Source: a virus (lineage: Duplodnaviria; Caudoviricetes). Taken from it: 61,987 bases of DNA. The notes under the pieces were generated by a model. The model saw nothing but the letters and a program-made list of their open reading frames with translations, was not told the DNA's origin and ran no database searches. The position numbers and the translations under genes are program-made. The DNA lies in IMG/VR virus record IMGVR_UViG_3300035494_000045, positions 1 through 61,987 of that record. One strand, given 5' to 3'. Numbering within the stretch: the first letter of the stretch is position 1; each line of letters opens with the position of its first letter. Below, piece after piece: positions 28,512-37,997 of this stretch.

Positions 28512-29852
28512 ATGTTTTACATATCGAGAAAAACTGGAAGAAAATTTTCTAATAAGCAAGCATATCTGAATCATTTGAGGAAGGTTTACGGTAAATCAGT
28601 TAGAGGCGATGTGGGAATATATTTATACGAAACACAGACCGAAACCATCCCGAAGTGTAAAATATGTAAAGAGCGTGATTGCGAATATATAAGCATTTTT
28701 GAAGGGTTTTCTGATATGTGTAACAATCGTTCTTGTAGAGAACATTCCAGAGAAATCCTATCCAAAAGCAGGAAATCTGCTATTGATTTTGCAAATATGG
28801 TTTACACAAAAACAACAGAAAGCGATTTCTTAGAAGAGTGTCCAATATGCGATGTGTTATTTGATACAAGAAAAACATTGTCATCTTCAACATGCGGAAG
28901 TCATTACTGTCGTTCACAATTTAAAGCTGGTTATCAGAGTAAAGGAGTAATGTCTAACAAATTCGTCAGTTTAGAATATTATAAGAAACTATTTGAGACT
29001 AATTCTAATAAAATAGCAACATCGCATGTAATCGGATACTGTAAAAACAACAAACATCTTGAGCGGTGCGTCCCCAGAAACATGAAGGTTACATTAACCG
29101 CAACCAACATAGAATTTATATTCTTTTGTCCGATTACTGAGATGTGTATACCGTTTGTCTCTGGCGGACGGGCATTATACTCGCATGTAAAATCGTTGGG
29201 GGTGGATTATGTGAGCTATTTGAAGGAATATTGCCCTCAAGCGGTTTGTGAATGTAAATTATGTGGAGCGGTGACAAGATACAGTATGAGTGGCCTCCAA
29301 CCTAGCCAGAAGCCATTTTGCTCGTCAGACCACTACTATCAACACATGACTGAAAACCCTCACATGTATACGAGTGAGGAGAAAAGGAATAATATGTCAC
29401 ATACGATGAGGGGTAAAATTGAATCTGGAGATTTTACCCCTCATGTCAATAAATGGGCTAATGTTGACAAAATGGTAGTGAATGGTATAAAATATAGAAG
29501 CTCGTGGGAAGTTCTATTTCATAAGATTTACCCAAACTTGGAATATGAAACATTACGCATTCCGTATTTTTGTAGCAAATATAATAAAGATAGAGTGTAT
29601 ATTGTTGATTTCGTTGACAATATTAATAAGATAGTCTATGAAGTTAAACCATTTTCTCACACAAAAAGACAAAACTTCATAGACAAATCGATTGCGGCTG
29701 AAGCATGGTGTGAAAGTAACGGTTACAAGTATGTTGTCATTAGTGAGGATTGGTTTGTTGAGGAATTAGATGCACTGAACAACTTAAAAGAAATAAGCGA
29801 AAGGGAATCTCTGGCAATAAAACAATTTAGGAGGATTTATGCAAGGCGTTAA
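28512..29852 (+). mobile_element. free-standing homing endonuclease (Zn-finger repeats plus TnsA-like PD-(D/E)XK domain)
   Basis: Several CxxC pairs; YRSSWE, YE.LRIPY, YIVDF, YEVKP; sits between the intein halves. Confidence 0.8.
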
Positions 29853-30570
29853 AATTAAAAAAATACAGAAAGTGGGTCGCGGCAATGTAGTGAATTTATG
29901 CGTTCACAAAAATCATACATTCATTCACGAGAACGGAATAGCAACGCACAATTGTGATAGACTTACGTATGGTCAACAAAAAAGTTTGCTCTCCATCATC
30001 GAGGACAACAGCGACAGAGTTCGTTGGATTCTTACTTGTAACTACATCAACAAACTAGACCCCGCTCTACGTTCTCGTATGGAAGCTGGTTATTTGCAGA
30101 TGGATGAGATGAATGAAGAAGGTATCCTAAACTATATCATCGACATCATTGAGAAAGAAGAGATTGTGATTAATGAGGATAATGACTTGTTGAGCCATAT
30201 CAGTGCCTATGGTAGTGACATTCGACGTATCCTAAACTCAATCGAAGGTCATATTGATGAAGATAATGTTCTTCACCCATTGTCATCATCTTCCAAGTCA
30301 AATGATATGAGTGAGTTTGAATCCATCTTTATTGGTGGCGAGGCTAAGGATAAGTTGGCACAACTGTTGGAGTTGACTGAGTATTGTGACCAGAACACAT
30401 TTGAATATTTCTATCAGGTTATGTATGAGAACACTCATAACTTTACAGAAGTGAGTGATGCTGTTATAATCTTGGCTGAATATTTGGATAAGGCAAGTCG
30501 AAGTGCTAATCAGCGATTGACATTGGATGCCTGTTTGTATAGATTGTTCATGGAAGATAATGATGAGTGA
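29839..30570 (+). CDS. split intein C fragment (38 aa) fused to clamp loader C-half
   Basis: V.NL.V..NHTF..NGIATHN|C, then DRLT..QQ..L, ILTCNY..K...AL.SR; own GGAGG SD. Confidence 0.9.
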   Translation: MQGVKIKKIQKVGRGNVVNLCVHKNHTFIHENGIATHNCDRLTYGQQKSLLSIIEDNSDRVRWILTCNYINKLDPALRSRMEAGYLQMDEMNEEGILNYIIDIIEKEEIVINEDNDLLSHISAYGSDIRRILNSIEGHIDEDNVLHPLSSSSKSNDMSEFESIFIGGEAKDKLAQLLELTEYCDQNTFEYFYQVMYENTHNFTEVSDAVIILAEYLDKASRSANQRLTLDACLYRLFMEDNDE

Positions 30571-30587
30571 CATGGAGGAGATATAAC

Positions 30588-30998
30588 ATGGACAATCTTT
30601 TTGCATACTTTGATGCAATCAATCGAGAAGACTTCTCATATGTTGATAGGATGAGTGATGAAGATGTTAAGAAAATATCTCCTTTTGTGGTGCTTATGTG
30701 GATGCATGGGTCCGTAGACAACAATGATATTCACTGCATCTTAACTGATATGTATGTGAATCCTTATGTGTTTAGTCTCAGTAAGCATCCTAGACTTCTT
30801 CTCAAACTCTTCATTTCTGCCAATGGTGGAATTGATAATACTCGGTATAAGTTTAAGAAATCAGTAACGAAGGAACAATCGAATGTGATTAAAATGATTG
30901 CAGAACATTATGATTGTAGTTATAATCACGCCAAGGATATTAAAGAGCTTCTGAGTGAAGATGATTTGAAAGAGTTGGAGAAGTTGTATGGGAAATGA
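30588..30998 (+). CDS. probable clamp loader small subunit (gp62-like)
   Basis: Position after the gp44-like gene; size and helical C-terminus (I.E.Y..S...A....LL). Confidence 0.6.
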   Translation: MDNLFAYFDAINREDFSYVDRMSDEDVKKISPFVVLMWMHGSVDNNDIHCILTDMYVNPYVFSLSKHPRLLLKLFISANGGIDNTRYKFKKSVTKEQSNVIKMIAEHYDCSYNHAKDIKELLSEDDLKELEKLYGK

Positions 30999-31200
30999 TA
31001 AAATGTTTATGGTAACTGGAGAACTGCGACTGTCTGATGGGTCAACAGCTTATGAGGTTGTATCGGTTAATGGATGTGCGTTAGTCACAATGAAATCGGT
31101 TACTATGAAGTATGGCAACATGGGTGGTGTGAATTTTTATGCCCACCATAAAGAAGACATTGATGAGATAAGAGCATTGATTATGATGGAGGAACTGTAA
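30988..31200 (+). CDS. small protein, MEEL-tail family (..ALIMMEEL)
   Basis: C-terminal motif. Confidence 0.65.
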   Translation: MGNDKMFMVTGELRLSDGSTAYEVVSVNGCALVTMKSVTMKYGNMGGVNFYAHHKEDIDEIRALIMMEEL

Positions 31201-31202
31201 CA

Positions 31203-31427
31203 ATGTCTTGGGGGAAGATTGAATTCCAAACACACCACAATGGCTACATCCTAGAGGGTGTGAGTAGAGCAGAAAAATATTACATTGCTGTCTACACTAA
31301 TGAGTGGGATTGGGTATGTAATATCCATCATGGTGAGGAAGCCCGATACACCACAGACCCAACAACAATCTTACCAACAGATGTTGAAGAATATGCCAGA
31401 TTTATGCTTGATATGATGATTTTATGA
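31203..31427 (+). CDS. small protein, weak MEEL-tail (..FMLDMMIL)
   Basis: Coupled in cluster. Confidence 0.6.
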   Translation: MSWGKIEFQTHHNGYILEGVSRAEKYYIAVYTNEWDWVCNIHHGEEARYTTDPTTILPTDVEEYARFMLDMMIL

Positions 31428-31436
31428 GGAGGATGT

Positions 31437-31685
31437 ATGTACGTTGAATATTATGGAACGATTGGCAATGATATTACAATATTTGATGTCGATGGTGCTA
31501 GAGAATATGTATACTCGTGTGGCGAATTCACGGGAGAAATAACACCAAGCAACATAACACTTGTGAATGGTATTCAATTGGGTAACGATGCCGACCAATG
31601 TGCTAGAATATTACAACAAATTCTACGTCGTCATGGTGACAAAATCCGAGAGGCTAGAGATTTGCTTTTGATGGAGGAACTATAA
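31437..31685 (+). CDS. small protein, MEEL-tail family (..DLLLMEEL)
   Basis: C-terminal motif. Confidence 0.65.
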   Translation: MYVEYYGTIGNDITIFDVDGAREYVYSCGEFTGEITPSNITLVNGIQLGNDADQCARILQQILRRHGDKIREARDLLLMEEL

Positions 31686-31686
31686 C

Positions 31687-31917
31687 ATGACACCAAAGCA
31701 AGAACAACTGTTTGAAATTTTGGGCAATGATGATAATCGATTCAATGGTGTTAAGACCATATGGGAAAAGTATGGAAGTCTTGGTCTATCGAGAGATACT
31801 GGTAATGTCGCAGTCACTTATTACACCAAAAACGATTATTCTATTAAGCAGATAGTTATGCCTAGGGATGAATATAATGAAATCTTACCAGAAATAAACT
31901 TCATGAGAGAGTTGTGA
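31687..31917 (+). CDS. small protein, weak MEEL-tail (..EINFMREL)
   Basis: Coupled in cluster. Confidence 0.6.
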   Translation: MTPKQEQLFEILGNDDNRFNGVKTIWEKYGSLGLSRDTGNVAVTYYTKNDYSIKQIVMPRDEYNEILPEINFMREL

Positions 31918-31918
31918 G

Positions 31919-32146
31919 ATGCCATTGGAACGAATTAGGTATCTAGGAACCTATGTTACAAACAAGCGCATATATGAAGTTATAGACGTTAATGGTGATT
32001 TACAAGTCGATGTGAAATATAGAGATTCATACCTAGGAACAATTGACTTTGATGGGGATATTACACAAAGCATAAGTGCAATCGAAGAATTGACAGGTGA
32101 AGACTATGAAGTGTCTATGACACTAATGATGATGGAGGAAATATAA
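31919..32146 (+). CDS. small protein, MEEL-tail family (..TLMMMEEI)
   Basis: C-terminal motif. Confidence 0.65.
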   Translation: MPLERIRYLGTYVTNKRIYEVIDVNGDLQVDVKYRDSYLGTIDFDGDITQSISAIEELTGEDYEVSMTLMMMEEI

Positions 32147-32148
32147 AA

Positions 32149-32427
32149 ATGGTATTGGAGGTTTTAAGTGGAGAACTTGATGGTGTTTCATACCTAACAT
32201 TTAGTAAAACGATGAACGAAGGAAAGGTCATCAAAGCTATGTGTAACATACTAACTTCAAGAAAAACTCAAATTGCGTTCATCTCAGTAGACGGGATGTT
32301 ACTAGGGTCTTTCACGACAAATAGTATAGATTTCAATGCTGGTGTCGATGTTGATGCCACTACTATTGAAGACGTTTTTAAATTTATAAAAGAAGCCCAA
32401 CTATATCTTATGATGGAAGAACTATGA
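32149..32427 (+). CDS. small protein, MEEL-tail family (..LYLMMEEL)
   Basis: C-terminal motif. Confidence 0.65.
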   Translation: MVLEVLSGELDGVSYLTFSKTMNEGKVIKAMCNILTSRKTQIAFISVDGMLLGSFTTNSIDFNAGVDVDATTIEDVFKFIKEAQLYLMMEEL

Positions 32428-32780
32428 TGACGATAGGCGAAGTGATTGATGCAGTATATCGAGAAATCCTTCATCTCCATCGACAGGATTTGAGAGAATT
32501 TTATGAAGTCATTCAGGATTCTAACGGGACATATAAGAACATCCTATTAATTAGAAGAAAATCAAATGATGCCGAAGAATATATAGTCATACCAGAAAGA
32601 CACAAAGATGACAACTTCATACCTGTGATAGAGTTTAATCGTTTATGGAAAATATTGGAACACTACGATTCTAAAATATTCGCAAGCACTGACAATGTAC
32701 TGACTGCGGCGGATATGATGGGCGGTGGTCAAAAGATAAAACAAGTCCTTGAGTTCTTTAGTCTTATGGAGGAAATGTAA
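32424..32780 (+). CDS. small protein, MEEL-tail family (..FFSLMEEM)
   Basis: C-terminal motif. Confidence 0.65.
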   Translation: MMTIGEVIDAVYREILHLHRQDLREFYEVIQDSNGTYKNILLIRRKSNDAEEYIVIPERHKDDNFIPVIEFNRLWKILEHYDSKIFASTDNVLTAADMMGGGQKIKQVLEFFSLMEEM

Positions 32781-33151
32781 TGCTTGAAACTCTTAAAAAT
32801 ATTTCAACCCAGTTATCCCATGCGAGAACGACTTATTCTGACTTAGAACTCACATACGACAAATTAAAGAAAATCCAGATTGAGATATTTGATGAAAAAT
32901 TCAACGCAATAAAGGAAATGACAAGACGAAACAATGGCTATGTCTTTATGTACCTACCGTACTACGATGATGGTGATAATGAATTTAATTTTTGTTATCT
33001 TTCAACAACACACATAAACAGTTGGTTCAAACATTATTTAAAAATAGAAACGATTAAGACGGATATTGTAGTGGTAGCCATATATAACTTAGCTATCGGG
33101 CTATCAATTGAAGATGCTGTTGAATCTGCATACAGTATGGTGATGATATGA
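32780..33151 (+). CDS. small protein, weak MEEL-tail (..SAYSMVMI)
   Basis: Coupled in cluster. Confidence 0.6.
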   Translation: MLETLKNISTQLSHARTTYSDLELTYDKLKKIQIEIFDEKFNAIKEMTRRNNGYVFMYLPYYDDGDNEFNFCYLSTTHINSWFKHYLKIETIKTDIVVVAIYNLAIGLSIEDAVESAYSMVMI

Positions 33152-33363
33152 GTGATGATATGAGTGATGATGTATTCATCGGTGGTGAAAAGTATTCTCT
33201 CATTCATTTAAAATTCAGAGATAAGCCTATGGTATTCATATATGATGGGCAAGGCGTATGTGGCTTCATTGATGAGGATGGGATAGCAATAGCTGATAAT
33301 GTCATTGTTCCAGAACACCGAATAGAAGTGGCAAAGAACTTATACCTAATGGAGTGTATTTGA
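33148..33363 (+). CDS. small protein, MEEL-tail family (..NLYLMECI)
   Basis: C-terminal motif. Confidence 0.65.
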   Translation: MSDDMSDDVFIGGEKYSLIHLKFRDKPMVFIYDGQGVCGFIDEDGIAIADNVIVPEHRIEVAKNLYLMECI

Positions 33364-33364
33364 T

Positions 33365-33670
33365 ATGATTGGAGCACATAAACATCATGTGTGGATTAAT
33401 AGTGGATTGTGCGAACAAAGTGGAGAATGTTTAGGAGTTATACAAATCGGGTATGATGAAAAAATTTCTGAGGGTGATATTCTATATCTTATAGACAATT
33501 TCACCAAAAGTATTCGCGTCATTCTACCAGAGAATCAAAAGCATCACCCAAGACCATACCTACACGAAGTTTGTATATACAAGTGGGAAACTAAAGAATT
33601 TTTGGGATGTATGCCAAAGGATGACGTACAAAAATTCTGCGAAATGCTTGCAATCCAAAACCAACTTTAA
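33365..33670 (+). CDS. small protein, weak MEEL-tail (..MLAIQNQL)
   Basis: Last gene of the cluster. Confidence 0.6.
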   Translation: MIGAHKHHVWINSGLCEQSGECLGVIQIGYDEKISEGDILYLIDNFTKSIRVILPENQKHHPRPYLHEVCIYKWETKEFLGCMPKDDVQKFCEMLAIQNQL

Positions 33671-33671
33671 C

Positions 33672-33701
33672 TTGACAAACAAAACTCTCCTAATATACAA
33701 T
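33672..33701 (+). promoter_or_regulatory. sigma70-like promoter
   Basis: TTGACA-18-TACAAT. Confidence 0.55.
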
Positions 33702-33729
33702 CTCCATATTGAACTGATATGGAGAAACT

Positions 33730-34395
33730 ATGAACATCAAACCAACCAATGACATTGATAAATTATATGATTCTGGGCTTATACACCACACTGACGGGAC
33801 TTTTGAGTGTCCAGTGTGTCATAAGACCTATAAAAGAGAAAAACCTGCCATAGAGCATTTAAATGCGCGTGATTGTTTCTCTCTTCTTGATATGTTCAAA
33901 GACACCACGAATGAGATGAAAGGTTATGCCTTGTATAAGACATTAGTAACATCTGTCAATCCAAAAGCCAGAGCATCAATAAACATCTTCAGAAAGAGCA
34001 AATATTACAACTCGGTGATGAGATATATTTCGTTCGCATCAATCCATGAACTAAAAGAACGCTCAGATGATTACCTAGACTGGCTAATCCAATACAAAAA
34101 CTTTAGTAATATCAATGGTTTATTATCAAATGCCATTAAGGAATCATTCTTGAGAGAGTTTAGATTATTCTTGCAGAAGCATGGTGATGTGATGATTGAT
34201 TCTTCTAAGTTCTATGATAGGTATGCTGAAGACTTGTTGAATGATGCTGACTTCTTCATCAGGAGCATAGAGAAAGGTCACATATGGATTGGGTATTTTA
34301 ATGATGTTGACTTTCCAATTGAGGACGTGTATAATGGCTTACCAATCGATTACCAAATTCGGTTTGATAAAATCTTGGATGCGATTGAGAAATGA
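33730..34395 (+). CDS. C2H2-like zinc-finger hypothetical protein
   Basis: FECPVCHKTY...H....C. Confidence 0.7.
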   Translation: MNIKPTNDIDKLYDSGLIHHTDGTFECPVCHKTYKREKPAIEHLNARDCFSLLDMFKDTTNEMKGYALYKTLVTSVNPKARASINIFRKSKYYNSVMRYISFASIHELKERSDDYLDWLIQYKNFSNINGLLSNAIKESFLREFRLFLQKHGDVMIDSSKFYDRYAEDLLNDADFFIRSIEKGHIWIGYFNDVDFPIEDVYNGLPIDYQIRFDKILDAIEK

Positions 34396-34419
34396 TTATT
34401 TTTAAGAAAGGAGGACAAT

Positions 34420-34653
34420 ATGAGAACTTATCATGTATGTGCAAATGTAAACTTAGCATCACATGGCTATAGCAATAAAACCATTGACTTTTTGTATGAA
34501 ACAAAAATCCTAATTAATGACGGTACACTGTGGAAGATTAAAAAGGAAGCAGTATTAAAGGCATTGCCGAATAGTGTATGGGGAGAAGATGTGCTATCAA
34601 CTTTTATTAACGAAGGTGTAACCGTTACATCTTTAACAATTGTAAACCCATAA
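34420..34653 (+). CDS. hypothetical protein
   Basis: AAGGAGG SD. Confidence 0.6.
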   Translation: MRTYHVCANVNLASHGYSNKTIDFLYETKILINDGTLWKIKKEAVLKALPNSVWGEDVLSTFINEGVTVTSLTIVNP

Positions 34654-34683
34654 GAACTTTTATTTTAAGAAAGGAGGAAATGT

Positions 34684-35103
34684 ATGAAGAAATTATTACT
34701 AATCGCAGTGGCACTTGGTTCTTTGCTTGTGATGTCTGGTTGTCAGACTGACGCAACAAAGGCATCGCATAACTTATCCAAAGCCGCAGAGATGTTTGAG
34801 CTAGACCGTCGTATTGTTTTTTATAATGGTATCACTGGTGAGTATATGCTAACCATTACTGGAAAATGTTCAGTTGAAACTTCAAGTAACCGATTGGCTG
34901 TAACTTGCAAGGAACCTAACAACGAGTACCGTAAGCATTATCTGGGTTTGTCTGATAACGTCACCTATATGTCAGAACAGTTGACGACAGCAAAGGTTAG
35001 CACGTACCACACGCGAATTATCTTCAAACCTCAATCAATCGTGCCAGATTTTGATATGCGCGGTGATATGAATGAGTTGAAAGATGCTGTAACGCCAGAC
35101 TAA
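34684..35103 (+). CDS. phage lipoprotein
   Basis: Lipobox MSGC; RRIVFYNGIT, KHYLGLSDNV. Confidence 0.8.
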   Translation: MKKLLLIAVALGSLLVMSGCQTDATKASHNLSKAAEMFELDRRIVFYNGITGEYMLTITGKCSVETSSNRLAVTCKEPNNEYRKHYLGLSDNVTYMSEQLTTAKVSTYHTRIIFKPQSIVPDFDMRGDMNELKDAVTPD

Positions 35104-35341
35104 TGTGAGGTTGATTGATGATTGAACGATACTATTTTGTTTATGGGTATGCCGAGAAGTCTGAAACCGAAAAACAAGTACGGATGGAAATGTGGAGAAT
35201 AATTTCCATTCGGAGCTTCTTTCCAAATCATATTGGCGCAAGCAAATATGCAGTAGAGGTTTTAACCGATTCTGCTAGAAATTCTGGCTTTTGTGGCAAT
35301 GTTATGATTACATCATTCAGCAAGTTATAGTGGAAGGTGAT

Positions 35342-35704
35342 ATGGAAAAGAAAAAAGAACCAACGATTGAAGAAGAGATTATGATGCTGAAGCAGATGAA
35401 AGACTTCGGCTTACTTTCATCAATCCTACGTAAGTTAAACGATAAAATTGATAAGTTACATGAGGAGTTTGATGATTATGACCCAAACCAGGACATCGAC
35501 ATCAATCATGGTTTTGAATCACTGAGGAATGATATTGACACATTGACAAGTGACTTAGAACTAACATCAGGTAATCTAAACATTCTTGAAGGTAGAGTGG
35601 ATGATTGTGAGTCAAATATCTCACGATTTGATGAAGAACTAACAAGACTGGAAGGTGAGATTGAAGAAATTAAACCATTTGTTGATGCGTTTAACGAAAT
35701 GTGA
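35342..35704 (+). CDS. coiled-coil hypothetical protein
   Basis: Heptad repeats. Confidence 0.6.
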   Translation: MEKKKEPTIEEEIMMLKQMKDFGLLSSILRKLNDKIDKLHEEFDDYDPNQDIDINHGFESLRNDIDTLTSDLELTSGNLNILEGRVDDCESNISRFDEELTRLEGEIEEIKPFVDAFNEM

Positions 35705-35716
35705 GGAGATATTATT

Positions 35717-36196
35717 ATGAACTGTACAAATATTAAAGTTAGAGCAATAGACGCTCAAAGAATCATCAATCACAGGTTATTGACCGAAGAACTTCTATAT
35801 AAAGCGGTCTGGCATCGATATGCTCATGAATACATGGAACAGGATATGTTATTTGGATTATATAGTAAGCATAGAACACTAGAAGAAGCGTATCGCTATT
35901 TGATATTATCTGTCAAAGACACCGACCAATTCATCGAGGTGTTGGATATTTTTCATAAAAACTCTGCCGTATTGGAACGTATTGAGCGTTTGAAGATTTT
36001 ATTGGATATGTCGAAAAAATCTTCACAGTATGGTGATAAGCTCATCACATTGGATAGTAAAGATTCGATGATAGTGTTTGGCACTATCAGTCATGAAGAA
36101 GATGAAATGATTTGCGAATACGAAAAATATGTCGAAAATGATAAAAATCCAGTTTCGATTTTTGACTTCAGTGAATCCTATGTGGGTTACGAGTAA
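35717..36196 (+). CDS. hypothetical protein
   Basis: GAGGAG SD. Confidence 0.6.
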   Translation: MNCTNIKVRAIDAQRIINHRLLTEELLYKAVWHRYAHEYMEQDMLFGLYSKHRTLEEAYRYLILSVKDTDQFIEVLDIFHKNSAVLERIERLKILLDMSKKSSQYGDKLITLDSKDSMIVFGTISHEEDEMICEYEKYVENDKNPVSIFDFSESYVGYE

Positions 36197-36207
36197 GGAC
36201 TTTTAAT

Positions 36208-36663
36208 ATGCCTAGAGTTAGAAAGAAAACCATAACACATCAAAGAGACAAGTTGAGATTTTGTAAGAATTTGGGGTATCGTGGCATTACTGATTATGGT
36301 GAGCGAGAATATATCTGTGATGTGGTTAATATGCCGTTTGGATTGACTAAGATTGATGGTATTCCAAAAGTCATTCAAACTGGATTGGTCTCTGAGCCTT
36401 TGGATATTAGAGAGTCTGGATTTGTGGTGAAAGAAGCATACTTGCACGATTCTGGACATTACATTAATGCAATCTCTGATTTAAATTCAAACACTGTCAT
36501 GTTTACTGCTGATGGTAGTCATTATATCATTCGACCAAGAAGTTTCGCCACCATGATGAATGCTGGTGTTCGTGACCTATATAATGATGGAAAGAATGGT
36601 AAAAGTTTTGATGAGTGTTGGGAAGAGGTGTCTGACTATAGAAAACTGATGAGAGATTTGTAA
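36208..36663 (+). CDS. hypothetical protein, weak MEEL-tail (..RKLMRDL)
   Basis: AAGGA SD. Confidence 0.6.
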   Translation: MPRVRKKTITHQRDKLRFCKNLGYRGITDYGEREYICDVVNMPFGLTKIDGIPKVIQTGLVSEPLDIRESGFVVKEAYLHDSGHYINAISDLNSNTVMFTADGSHYIIRPRSFATMMNAGVRDLYNDGKNGKSFDECWEEVSDYRKLMRDL

Positions 36664-36664
36664 C

Positions 36665-36931
36665 ATGGAATCATTCAACAAATACCCATATGTGGCAGAT
36701 ACCATAGAAGGCGCGTTCGGTATTATTGATATGGTCAGGAAAGGAAATGAATTTAAAATTATATCCAAGCCATTGGATTATGATTCTGTTATATTCATGC
36801 TTCCTCTTGAGCTTGAGGTGTACGTTGAGCGAGAGATTGGAGCAATCCATATCGAAACTTATCAAATTCGTGTCCCCCATGCCATATTTAATGATATAAT
36901 TGAATATGAGAGGAATATTGAGGATTTGTGA
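36665..36931 (+). CDS. small protein, weak MEEL-tail (..RNIEDL)
   Basis: Coupled. Confidence 0.55.
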   Translation: MESFNKYPYVADTIEGAFGIIDMVRKGNEFKIISKPLDYDSVIFMLPLELEVYVEREIGAIHIETYQIRVPHAIFNDIIEYERNIEDL

Positions 36932-36947
36932 GGAGAGGAGAGTTACT

Positions 36948-37166
36948 ATGGGAGAAAACAAAATTGAACCTTGGTCTGCTGAACGTGAGATTGAGGATGA
37001 GCTAGAAAATCTAATGGATTGTTTTGATGATATACTGGTAGAAGCAGAAATTGAAGAGCCAGCAGGGAGAGGGGCTGGCTTTGCTTTACATTTTGACCAC
37101 GAAGAACTTAAAAAGTACATTATTGAGTTTGCTGATAAGTATGCCCAATTGCGAGAACTGATGTGA
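36948..37166 (+). CDS. small acidic protein (..AQLRELM)
   Basis: GAGGAG SD. Confidence 0.55.
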   Translation: MGENKIEPWSAEREIEDELENLMDCFDDILVEAEIEEPAGRGAGFALHFDHEELKKYIIEFADKYAQLRELM

Positions 37167-37176
37167 TGGAGGAATT

Positions 37177-37413
37177 GTGACAACCGAATTTCATATCAAA
37201 AAGACGGTGGTAAGGAAATTATCGTTTTCTGATATAATTTCCATATTATATAACAAAGAAATTGATGATTACTGGATTCAAATAAAATTGGAAAATGGTA
37301 GATTACACTCTTTTTGGTATACGAGTAACCACATTAATGGTGATATATCGTTTATTTTGGTTGATGAGGCAAAAGAAATTATTGATTCTGTGATTCAAAT
37401 GGAGGAACTATGA
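37177..37413 (+). CDS. small protein, MEEL-tail family (..SVIQMEEL)
   Basis: C-terminal motif. Confidence 0.65.
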   Translation: MTTEFHIKKTVVRKLSFSDIISILYNKEIDDYWIQIKLENGRLHSFWYTSNHINGDISFILVDEAKEIIDSVIQMEEL

Positions 37414-37997
37414 GAAGTATATTCGACGTTGACATCGATACCACCTCGAAGACTGATAAGAAACAATATGGTATCCCTGCCATGATTTATAATGAAGACC
37501 AAGAGAGAATCAACCCACATCCTAGTGGTGTCTATCTTGAAGAAGTACCAATCGATAAATTAACTGGTTTGTGTTCGTTCGACTATAAGTATGGAGACGA
37601 GAAAGGATTCATGAAAGTTGATATTCTTCATAACACAGTCTATGATATTTTTAAATCAAAAAAAGAAGTTTTGGAAGCATCGGAGAATGATATTGATTGG
37701 TCGATATTGGAAGATAGGAAAGTTGTGGAATCATTACCACATATTGCCAAACACTATGACATCATCCAGAAGTTGAAGCCAAAGTCTGTTGAAGACTTAG
37801 CCGATGTTTTGGCTCTAATCAGACCTGGTAAGTCAAATCTGATTGATTCGTATATTCAAAACAAAGAGCAGACCAGAAGAAATCTGTATAAGAGACCAAA
37901 GACTGGAATGTATTTTAAAAAGTCTCATGCCATATCGTATGCACTGATGATAAAGACACTCATCTATAAGAAGCATCAGGCTATGATTTGTTGGTAA
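37410..37997 (+). CDS. miniature DNA polymerase III alpha (family C)-like protein
   Basis: DVDID, HPSGV, GFMKVDIL, LALIRPG, FKKSHA.SYA in DnaE order. Confidence 0.8.
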   Translation: MRSIFDVDIDTTSKTDKKQYGIPAMIYNEDQERINPHPSGVYLEEVPIDKLTGLCSFDYKYGDEKGFMKVDILHNTVYDIFKSKKEVLEASENDIDWSILEDRKVVESLPHIAKHYDIIQKLKPKSVEDLADVLALIRPGKSNLIDSYIQNKEQTRRNLYKRPKTGMYFKKSHAISYALMIKTLIYKKHQAMICW

